Positions 47,055 through 54,713 of a stretch of DNA of 64,000 nucleotides are shown here, in pieces. The first letter of the stretch is position 1. Every line of letters starts with the position of its first letter. Under the pieces are notes generated by a model, which was not told the DNA's origin, made no database searches, and was given only the letters and a program-made list of their open reading frames with translations. Both the position numbers and the translations under genes were made by a program. Location: the NCBI GenBank assembly GCA_963812435.1, contig CAWEUZ010000005.1, positions 67,385-131,384 on the forward strand, in the 5' to 3' direction. Source of the stretch: an uncultured Actinomycetes bacterium (GTDB lineage Bacteria > Actinomycetota > Thermoleophilia > Solirubrobacterales > Solirubrobacteraceae).

Positions 47055-48896
47055 ATGCCCCGCTACACCGACGACTCGAAGGAGAAGGTGCGCGACGCGG
47101 TCGACATGATCGCGCTCGTCTCCACGCGCACCGAGCTGCGCCGCGCGGGCGTCAACTCGTACTTCGGGCGCTGCCCGTTCCACGAGGAGCGGACCGGCTC
47201 CTTTCACGTGCGCCCCGAGGAGAAGCATTACCACTGCTTCGGCTGTCAGATGTCGGGCGACCCGTTCCGCTTCGTGATGGAGACCGAGGGGCTGGAGTTC
47301 GTCGGCGCGATGGAGTCGCTCGCGGAGCGCTTCGGGGTGACGCTGGAGGTCGCCGACGAGGACCCGATGGCGAAGGCGGCCCGGGAGCGCCGCGAGCGCC
47401 TGCACAAGCTGCTGGACCGCGCCGCCGCCTACTACGCCCGCTACCTCTGGGACGCGGCCGAGGCGCAGGGCGCGCGCGAGTACCTCGCCGGACGCGGGTT
47501 GGAGGAGGCCGCGCTGAAGGCCTACCGCGTCGGCTACGCGCCGAGCGCGTGGGACAGACTGCTGCTCGTCGCGCGCCAGGCCGGCTTCGGCGAGGACGAG
47601 CTGCTGGCGACCGGGCTCGCGCAGCGCAGCAAGCAGCAGCGCGGCTCGATCTACGACCGCTTCCGCGAGCGCATCATGTTCCCGCTCGCCGATGCGCGCG
47701 GCCGTGTCGTCGGCTTCGGCGCGCGCGCGATGCGCGACAACCAGCCGCCGAAGTACCTCAACACGAGCGAGGGCGAGGTCTTCCACAAGGGCAGCCAGCT
47801 GTTCGGGATCGACCTCGCGCGCAAGGGTGCGGCGCGCGCCGGGACCGTCGTGCTGGCCGAGGGCTACACGGACGTCCTCGCCCTGCACCAGGCGGGGATC
47901 GAGAACGCGGTCGGGATCATGGGCACGTCCTTCACCGACGAGCAGGCGCGCGAGCTGGAGCGCACCGCGCGCACGCTCGTGCTGGCGCTCGACGCCGACG
48001 GCGCCGGGCAGGAGGCGATGCTGCGCGCGGCGCGCGTCGCGGAGGGACGCTCGCTGGAGCTGCGCGTGGTCGCGCTGCCGGCCGGCAAGGACCCCGCGGA
48101 CCTCGTCCAGCAGGAGGGGGTGGAGGCCGTGCGCGAGCGGATCGCGGGATCGGTCCCGTTCGTCGCGTTCCACGTCGACCGCATCCTGGAGCGCGCCGAG
48201 GTCGGGACGGCCGAGGGCAAGGACCGCGCGCTCGCGGAGCTGCGACCGGTGCTGGGGCCGTTGCCGGCGAGCGTGCTGCGCGACGAGCTGGTGCGGCGCG
48301 TCGCCGGGCGGCTCGACCTCTCCGACCAGCTGGCGAAGTCGCTGATCGGCGAGACCGCCCCGGCGCTCCCGGGCCCGAGCGCCGCGGGGACCGGCGCGTC
48401 AGGGTCTGGGGCGACTCCATCGCCCGGCGGCCCCCGCGCGAACGTCGCGCCGCCGCCCGTCGTCCCTGCGCTGCTCGACCGCCGCGAGCGCGGCGAGCGC
48501 ACCTTCCTCGCGCTGTGCCTCGCGTTCCCGCGCGAGGGCAGAGCCCTGCTCGAGGAGGCCGACCAGGCGCAGCACTTCAGCTCCGACCTCGCACGGCGCG
48601 CCGCCGCGCACCTGCGCGCGCGCCTCGACGCTCCGCTCGAGGGCCTGCCGGACGACGACCCCGAGCTGGCGACCTACGTCTCAGAGCTCGACGCGCGCGC
48701 CGCGCGGGGAGGCTCGGCGCGGCCCGACAACCTCCAGCACGCCTGGCTCGCGCTCGAGCTCGCCCGCCTCGAGCGCGCGATCGACCTCGCCCGCGCCTCC
48801 GGCACCGCCGACGGCAGCGTCACCACGCTCAGCCGCGAGCGCGAGGACGTCCGCACGCGCCTGCGGGTGCTGAGCGGGCGGCTGCAGAGCGCCTGA
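47055..48896 (+). CDS. dnaG: DNA primase
   Basis: Zinc-binding CPFHEERTGSFHV...YHCFGCQMSGD, the RNA-polymerase core and TOPRIM (VVLAEGYTDVLALHQAG, LALDADGAGQEA). Confidence 0.95.
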   Translation: MPRYTDDSKEKVRDAVDMIALVSTRTELRRAGVNSYFGRCPFHEERTGSFHVRPEEKHYHCFGCQMSGDPFRFVMETEGLEFVGAMESLAERFGVTLEVADEDPMAKAARERRERLHKLLDRAAAYYARYLWDAAEAQGAREYLAGRGLEEAALKAYRVGYAPSAWDRLLLVARQAGFGEDELLATGLAQRSKQQRGSIYDRFRERIMFPLADARGRVVGFGARAMRDNQPPKYLNTSEGEVFHKGSQLFGIDLARKGAARAGTVVLAEGYTDVLALHQAGIENAVGIMGTSFTDEQARELERTARTLVLALDADGAGQEAMLRAARVAEGRSLELRVVALPAGKDPADLVQQEGVEAVRERIAGSVPFVAFHVDRILERAEVGTAEGKDRALAELRPVLGPLPASVLRDELVRRVAGRLDLSDQLAKSLIGETAPALPGPSAAGTGASGSGATPSPGGPRANVAPPPVVPALLDRRERGERTFLALCLAFPREGRALLEEADQAQHFSSDLARRAAAHLRARLDAPLEGLPDDDPELATYVSELDARAARGGSARPDNLQHAWLALELARLERAIDLARASGTADGSVTTLSREREDVRTRLRVLSGRLQSA

Positions 48897-48911
48897 CGAG
48901 AACTCGTCGGC

Positions 48912-51350
48912 TCACGCTGCGCTCCAGGCTTCCCAGTCGTCCAACGTCTCGATGAGAGCTTCGTCGGTGAGTACCGAGGCGAGGCGCGGGAGCCACTCGG
49001 CCTCGGGGTGGTGATGCTCTTCTGCCCGGGCGACGTTGCCTGCGAGATCCCAGCCCGGAGATCGCGTGCCGGCCGAGAGGAGCCGCTTCTCCTCGGCGAG
49101 CGCCTGCTGACGTCGCTCTTGCGGCCCGTTGGCGTACAGGTAGAACCACAGCTCGAGCAGGAGTTGGCTTGTGTCGCCTGCCAGGTCCAGAGCACGCTCT
49201 GCGTTCGCGATGCCTTCGGTGATGCGATCGTCGTGGATCTGGTGGCGCGCGTAGTTGCCGAGGTTGTTGGCGTTGGTGGGGTCCGCGTCGATCGCGCGCT
49301 TGTAGAGCGCCTCCGCAGCCGTGTCGTCCCCACGAATGAGGTTCAGGAAGAGCGCGTAGCCGCCGAGGGCGTTGGCGTTGGTGGGGTCCGCGTCGATCGC
49401 GCGCTTGTAGAAGTCCTCCGCAGCCGTGTCGTCCCCACGAATGACGTTCAGGAAGACCGCATAGTTGCTGAGGTTGGTGGCGTTGGTGGGGTCCGCGTCG
49501 ATCGCGCGCTTGTAGAAGTCCTCCGCAGCGTCGTCATCCCTGCGAACGTTCTTGAGGAAGAGCGCGTAGCCGCCGAGGGCGTTGGCGTTGGTGGGGTCCG
49601 CGTCGATCGCGCGCTTGTAGAAGTCCTCCGCAGCCGTGTCGTCCCCACGAATGACGTTCAGGAAGACCGCGTAGCCGCCGAGGGCGCTGGCGTTGGTGGG
49701 GTCCGCGTCGATCGCGCGCTTGTAGAAGTCCTCCGCAGCGTCGCCATCCCTGCGAACGTTCTTGAGGAAGAGCGCGTAGTTGCTGAGGTTGTTGGGGTTG
49801 GTGGGGTCCGCGTCGATCGCGCGCTTGTAGAAGTCCTCCGCAGCGTCGCTATCCCTGCGAACGTTGTCGAGAAAGATCGCGTAGCCGCCGAGGACATTGG
49901 CGTTGGTGGGGTCCGCGTCGATCGCGCGCTTGTAGAGCGCCTCCGCAGCGTCGTAGTCCTTGCGGATCTCCTTCAGGAAGATCGCGTAGTTGCCGAGGTT
50001 GGTGGCGTGCGTGGCGTTCCTGTCGAGCGCGCGCTTGTAGAAGTCCTCCGCTGCGTCGTCCTGCTTGCGGACGTTCTTGAGGAAGATCGCGTAGTTGCCG
50101 AGGTTGTTGGGGTTGGTGGGGTCCGCGTCGATCGCGCGCTTGTAGAGAGCCTCCGCAGCGTCGGCATCTCTGCGAACCTCGCTCAGGAAGACCGCATAGT
50201 TGCCAAGCAGCTCCGGCGAGTGCGGGATGCCCTCGAGTCCGGCGCGGTAGATGGCGTCGGCGGCATTTGGGTCGGAGTCCTTGAACGGCCGTGCGCGCAG
50301 CTCGACCTGCCACCAGTCGGGGATGCGTTCGACGGCTTGTGCCGAGGCCTCCTTGAGTGCCGGTGCCGACGGCTCCGACGCCGGGAGCTTCTCGACGGCT
50401 GTGCGCAGCGTGCTGAGGGCTTCGAAGTAGTTTGTCTGGAGCGTCTGCCAGCGAGCGATCTCTGGATGAGGGAGCTTGAAGCGCTGCTGGACCAGCAGCA
50501 TGAGCTGGTCGAAGTCCGCGCTTTCGACCCAATAGCCCTTCCGTGCGCTGAGCCACTCGAGCACGCGATCGTTCGGAGTGGACCGCGCGACCCACCAGAC
50601 GCCCGGCCCCAGCGTGTCGCCGGGCAGCCGCTCCAGGGCGTCCATGACGCTGTCGTCGTTCCCGGCGTAGCCCATGACGACCAGACCTCGTTGCTGCAGA
50701 AGGCTCTGAAGCCGCTCGCGGACCGCTGCGTTGAGCGCCGCGAGCTCCTCCTTCGTGTTGAGCGGCTCGAGCTGGTGGTCACCGTGCAGCTTGACGACCA
50801 GCGGCCTCCCGAAGTCAGCTCGCATGAAGCCGGCCAGCGCCGCGTGCGGGATGACCAAGGGGCGAGACTCCGTAAACAGGTAGAGGGCGTCGGCGATCAG
50901 GTCGTCGAAGTTGGTCGTAAGGACGACGTTGAAGTCCGGACTCGCGCGTTCGATCAGCTTCGCGAGGACACAGCACCCGAAGCCCGGGTCGTGGTTGCGG
51001 CAGATCCGCTCTACCTCTTTCTGCTTGTCGTGCTTGAGCGGGAACAGAGCCTCCATCACCGGCCCATAGGACAACGCGGGGGAGTTGGGGTCGTAGCCGG
51101 GGAATGCACGCGCCGCCCAGTCCTCCAAGCTCTCGCCGTCCCCGCCTCGGTATCTGTGAAGGCGCGGGAGCCAGGTGTCCTCGACCAGCGCCCCGGCGGC
51201 GGGGATCCCGGATGTCACCGAGCAGCCGGCGCCCAGGAGCACGGCGTGCTGCGTGTGCTGCGGCCGCTCAGCGAGGCGCCCGACGAACTCCTCCGCGCTG
51301 ATCTTCATCAGGTCCACGACAGTCCACTCCGATGGGCGTGCCGGCGGCAC
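48912..51350 (-). CDS. SIR2_2-type (DHS-like NAD-binding) domain fused to about 10 TPR-like repeats; candidate NADase sensor/effector
   Basis: The N-terminal ~300 aa carry LLGAGCSVTSGIP, VLTTNFDDLIADAL, VVKLHGDH and VVMGYAGNDDSV (SIR2_2 pattern). The C-terminal part has tandem 35-aa units of consensus AAEDFYKRAIDADPTNxxxLGxYAxFLxxxRxDxD. The start could be GTG 51350 or ATG 51308. Confidence 0.8.
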   Translation of the reverse strand: MPPARPSEWTVVDLMKISAEEFVGRLAERPQHTQHAVLLGAGCSVTSGIPAAGALVEDTWLPRLHRYRGGDGESLEDWAARAFPGYDPNSPALSYGPVMEALFPLKHDKQKEVERICRNHDPGFGCCVLAKLIERASPDFNVVLTTNFDDLIADALYLFTESRPLVIPHAALAGFMRADFGRPLVVKLHGDHQLEPLNTKEELAALNAAVRERLQSLLQQRGLVVMGYAGNDDSVMDALERLPGDTLGPGVWWVARSTPNDRVLEWLSARKGYWVESADFDQLMLLVQQRFKLPHPEIARWQTLQTNYFEALSTLRTAVEKLPASEPSAPALKEASAQAVERIPDWWQVELRARPFKDSDPNAADAIYRAGLEGIPHSPELLGNYAVFLSEVRRDADAAEALYKRAIDADPTNPNNLGNYAIFLKNVRKQDDAAEDFYKRALDRNATHATNLGNYAIFLKEIRKDYDAAEALYKRAIDADPTNANVLGGYAIFLDNVRRDSDAAEDFYKRAIDADPTNPNNLSNYALFLKNVRRDGDAAEDFYKRAIDADPTNASALGGYAVFLNVIRGDDTAAEDFYKRAIDADPTNANALGGYALFLKNVRRDDDAAEDFYKRAIDADPTNATNLSNYAVFLNVIRGDDTAAEDFYKRAIDADPTNANALGGYALFLNLIRGDDTAAEALYKRAIDADPTNANNLGNYARHQIHDDRITEGIANAERALDLAGDTSQLLLELWFYLYANGPQERRQQALAEEKRLLSAGTRSPGWDLAGNVARAEEHHHPEAEWLPRLASVLTDEALIETLDDWEAWSAA
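49230..50270 (-). repeat. 10 tandem 105-bp coding repeats (TPR-like units of the SIR2 fusion gene)
   Basis: The core GTCCGCGTCGATCGCGCGCTTGTAG recurs on the plus strand at 49281, 49386, 49491, 49596, 49701, 49806, 49911 and 50121. Degenerate copies sit at 50016 and ~50226. The period is exactly 105 bp. Confidence 0.9.
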
Positions 51351-51436
51351 GATAGTCCGCTCGGATCGCGCAATGCGCCGCTTTCGACGCGATCGAGCGA
51401 GGGCTCGGCTGTCGAGAGCAGAAGACGACCTGGCGA

Positions 51437-51511
<75 letters not shown>

Positions 51512-51612
51512 CCGCGCTGGGCATCGTACCGGTCCCGGGGGAGGGACGAGGACGACGAAGCGGCCCCCGCATCCCTGCGGAGGCCGCTTCGAGACACTGC
51601 GTGCGATCGGCG

Positions 51613-52488
51613 CTAGCCGATTCTCGTCAGGATGTAGTGGGCGCTGACGTTCGCGCCGTCCGGCTCCGCGCTGCGGACGCCGGCGCGCACCGTGAGCTGG
51701 CCGCCGAAGCCGCCCTCGTCGCCCGTCGTGATCAGGAACGACCCGGACGCCTGCGCGGCGTTGGTGCCGTCGTCCGGGATGTCCGGCGTCACCATCAGCG
51801 TGTCGCCGTCGCTGTTGCCGCCGCCGGGCGTCGGGGTGGCGCCGTCGAGCGGCGTGCTCCCGATGAACAGGCGCGCGACGCCGTACTCGGCTCTGGCGTC
51901 GGACGCGTTCGGGTCGGTGAAGCTCACGAACACGTCGACCTTGTACTGAGCGCCCACGGTGTCGAGGAACGCCCCGCCGTTGCTGACCTCGACGCCCTGC
52001 GAGTCGGTGTTGAACGGATCGGTGAGGGCGAGCGGCGTGCCGGCGTCGGTCGAGCCGACGGACGTGTTGTTCACGAGCGCCTGACCCGGCGTGCCCTGCG
52101 GCCCGGGCGGGCCCACCACGCCGTCCTCGCCCTGGATGCCCTGGGCACCCGGGGCGCCTGGTCTGCCGCTGTCGCCCGTGTTGCCCTTGGGACCGGCCTC
52201 TCCTCTCGCGCCCTGCGGGCCCTGCGGCCCGTCGGGTCCGGTGCTGCCCTGCGGGCCCTGCGGCCCGTTGAAGCCGTCGCGGCCTGCCGCTCCGGCGGGT
52301 CCGCGCTTGCCCTTGAGCGATCTCACAGCTCTACCAGAGAGGTCGGCCCGCGTGATCGTCCCGTCTTTGATGTCCGCGCCCGTGATGAGCGCCCGGGCGG
52401 CGAACGCCGATCCGGTCATGGCGAGGACCACTGCGATACAGGCGACGATCATCGCTGGTGACGCGGTCGCCCTAATCCGTCTGCGCAC
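51613..52488 (-). CDS. membrane-anchored collagen-like (GXY) repeat protein, larger paralog
   Basis: GTG start with GAGGAGGAG upstream. An anchor segment is followed by ITGADIKDGTITRADLS, then ~26 uninterrupted GXY triplets (52078-52311) and a ~155-aa beta-rich C-terminal domain. Confidence 0.75.
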   Translation of the reverse strand: MRRRIRATASPAMIVACIAVVLAMTGSAFAARALITGADIKDGTITRADLSGRAVRSLKGKRGPAGAAGRDGFNGPQGPQGSTGPDGPQGPQGARGEAGPKGNTGDSGRPGAPGAQGIQGEDGVVGPPGPQGTPGQALVNNTSVGSTDAGTPLALTDPFNTDSQGVEVSNGGAFLDTVGAQYKVDVFVSFTDPNASDARAEYGVARLFIGSTPLDGATPTPGGGNSDGDTLMVTPDIPDDGTNAAQASGSFLITTGDEGGFGGQLTVRAGVRSAEPDGANVSAHYILTRIG

Positions 52489-52650
52489 CTACTCCTCCTC
52501 GTGGTTAGGCTGCCGGGCTGGGAGACAACAGCGTATACAAATCCGGCTTCCTTTTCTGGTCCTTCGTCTCCGTCGGACCTTTCGGCCGAGTTCACAGGCC
52601 GCTGACGTGGGACGATGCAGCCCCGACGCGACCACGACAGGAGACCCGCC

Positions 52651-52935
52651 ATGAAGCTCTACGTCTGCTGGGGCACGTTCAAGAACCCGCTGCGACCCGG
52701 CGGCCATCCCTGTGGCAACGCCTACGACGCGCTGAAGGACGCCGGTCACGACCCCGAGGTCGTCAAGGCCTACGGGCTCGCGCCGCTGCCCGACCTCACG
52801 AGCGGCCGCAAGGAGGCCAAGCGGCTGACCGGGAAGTCGCTCGTGCCGGTGCTCGTGCTCGACGACGGCGAGGCGATCTACGACTCGAAGAAGATCGTCG
52901 CCTGGGCGAAGGCGCATCCCGCGAGCGCTACTTGA
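52651..52935 (+). CDS. thioredoxin-fold protein (GST N-terminal / glutaredoxin-2-like)
   Basis: MKLYVCWGTF....GHPCGNAYDALKDAG...VPVLVLDDGEAIYDSKKIVAW. GGAG lies 8 nt upstream of ATG 52651. Confidence 0.6.
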   Translation: MKLYVCWGTFKNPLRPGGHPCGNAYDALKDAGHDPEVVKAYGLAPLPDLTSGRKEAKRLTGKSLVPVLVLDDGEAIYDSKKIVAWAKAHPASAT

Positions 52936-53431
52936 CCTCGTCGGCCATCAGGTCCATCAGCAGCCCGTCGCGCCAGCGGCCGTCGGGCGCCCGCTCGTAT
53001 CTGCGCAGCACGCCGACGGGCTTGAAGCCGATCGCCTCGTAGGCGCGGATCGCGCGCGCGTTCTCGACCGCCGGGTCGATCGTGAAGCGGTGATGGCCGC
53101 GGGCGGCGTAGTGGCAGATCGCCGTCCGCAGCGCCTCGCGCCCGTAGCCGCCGCCGCGCAGCCGGGCCGCGACGACGATGTCGAACGCTACGCTCGGCCA
53201 GTCGGGATCGGGCTCCTCGTGCGCGTGCAGCCAGCCGCCGACGGCGCCGTCGACGACGATCGCCCAGGACGTCACCTCCGCCAGCTCCTCGCGCACGCGC
53301 GCGGCCTCGTAGCGGCCCCACCACGCGCTCACGTCGGGGTCCGCGAGCAGCGCCGCGAGCGCCTCGACGTCGTCCTCGCGGGCCGGCCGCAGCGTGAGGC
53401 GCTCGCTCTCCAGCACCGGCAGCTCGTCCAT
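52928..53431 (-). CDS. GNAT-family N-acetyltransferase
   Basis: SERLTLRPAREDDVEALAALL...ARLRGGGYGREAL...ENARAIRAYEAIGFKPVG fits the RimJ/AAC(6')-like pattern. Confidence 0.85.
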   Translation of the reverse strand: MDELPVLESERLTLRPAREDDVEALAALLADPDVSAWWGRYEAARVREELAEVTSWAIVVDGAVGGWLHAHEEPDPDWPSVAFDIVVAARLRGGGYGREALRTAICHYAARGHHRFTIDPAVENARAIRAYEAIGFKPVGVLRRYERAPDGRWRDGLLMDLMADEVK

Positions 53432-53441
53432 CCCCGGCACG

Positions 53442-54704
53442 CTACCCGTCGCGCGCCAGCCGCTCCACGAGGTCGGCGGCGCGCTCGGCGCCGTCGTGCG
53501 CGCGCGCCCAGGCGGCCAGCTCGCCGGCGCGCCGCGCCAGCGCCGGCTCGGCCAGCGCCCGCCGCACGGCGAGGCGCACGCCGGCCGGCGTCGCGAACCG
53601 CCACGGCAGCCGCACGCCGGCGCCCGCCCAGTCGAGCCGGGCCGCGTTCTCCGCCATGTCCCCGGCGGCCGGGCAGCCGACGACCGTCGCGCCGGACGCG
53701 AGCGCCCGCACCATCGTGCCGTGCCCGACGTGGCAGACGACGACCGCGCACTGCGGCATCGTGCGCGCGTAGGAGATCCACTCGACCAGCCGCGCGTTCG
53801 CGGGCACGCGCTGCGGCCCGGGCAGGAGGCGCCGGTTCCACGTCGCCAGCACCCGCACCGGCTCGTGCTCGAGGCCGGCGAGCGCGGCGCGCAGCAGCCT
53901 GTGCGTGCGGTCCTGCGCGGTCGAGGGGGCGACCAGCACCAGCGGCAGGTCCCCCGGCGGCGGTTCGACGTCCTCGTACGGCGGCTCCCACAGCAGCGGG
54001 CCGACGACGTGCGTCTCCCGCGGCCACTCGCGCGGGTACTCCAGCTGCGGGAACGTGCCGACCATGCACAGACGTCTGCTGAGCCCGCCGTGGACGCGGT
54101 CGATCGGCGGCAGGTCGAGCCGTCCCCGCGCGTCGTTGAGGTCGCGTGCGCCGAGGCTGAGCCCGCGCTGCACGATCGGGTCGAGCGCGCGCCACAGGCG
54201 CCGTCCGACCGCGGTGCGAGGCGGGCGCGCACCGAGCGAGTAGGGCGGGGAGCCGGGCGGCAGGTCGGGATGGACGTGCGGTATCAGCGTCGCCGTCGGC
54301 ACGCCCTCCAGCTCGCCGGCGAGCGCCGGCCCGAGCGTGAGGATGTCCGCGACGAGCGCGTGCGGTCTGGCCGCGGCCACATGCGGGCGCGTGTCGCACG
54401 CGGCACGCACGACCGCCTCGTAGGGCTTCAGCGCCCCGCCCTGCGCCGGCGGGAAGACCGGGTACTCGGGAGCCGGGATGAACGTCATCCCCGCCGCCTC
54501 CACGTGGGGGCGCCAGCGCTCGTAGGTCTCGTACGTGACCGCGTGACCGCGTCTCGCGAGCGCCGATCCGAGCGCCAGCATCGGGAACGCATGGCCCGGA
54601 TCCCCGAAAGCGCCGAGGAACAGGCGCAGCGGGGATGCCGCCTGTGCGCCGAGATCCGGCGCAAGGTCTTGGTAGCTTTGATGAGGTTTGACGAGCTTCG
54701 GCAT
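53442..54704 (-). CDS. GT1-family UDP-glycosyltransferase (MGT/macrolide-GT-like)
   Basis: RLFLGAFGDPGHAFPMLALGSAL near the N-terminus, and C-terminal VVCHVGHGTMVRALASGATVVGCPAAGDMAENAARL. Only the last 420 codons of the 1017-aa track ORF look like protein. Confidence 0.8.
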   Translation of the reverse strand: MPKLVKPHQSYQDLAPDLGAQAASPLRLFLGAFGDPGHAFPMLALGSALARRGHAVTYETYERWRPHVEAAGMTFIPAPEYPVFPPAQGGALKPYEAVVRAACDTRPHVAAARPHALVADILTLGPALAGELEGVPTATLIPHVHPDLPPGSPPYSLGARPPRTAVGRRLWRALDPIVQRGLSLGARDLNDARGRLDLPPIDRVHGGLSRRLCMVGTFPQLEYPREWPRETHVVGPLLWEPPYEDVEPPPGDLPLVLVAPSTAQDRTHRLLRAALAGLEHEPVRVLATWNRRLLPGPQRVPANARLVEWISYARTMPQCAVVVCHVGHGTMVRALASGATVVGCPAAGDMAENAARLDWAGAGVRLPWRFATPAGVRLAVRRALAEPALARRAGELAAWARAHDGAERAADLVERLARDG

Positions 54705-54713
54705 GGATGCCTG

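Noticed and set aside
49230-50270. Regular 105-bp tandem repeats that could be mistaken for a CRISPR array or a non-coding satellite.
   Set aside because: There are no unique spacers, because the whole 105-bp unit repeats. The array lies in one uninterrupted reading frame that encodes TPR-like helices continuous with the SIR2 domain.
52078-52311. A GXY collagen repeat as a sign of eukaryotic contamination. The GP-rich ORFs on the opposite strand (e.g. 52091-52654, 43828-44127) were also considered as genes.
   Set aside because: Flanking sequence, codon usage, SD sequences and the membrane anchor are all bacterial, and bacterial collagen-like proteins are well known. The antisense ORFs are mirror images of the GC-rich triplet repeat and lack start context.
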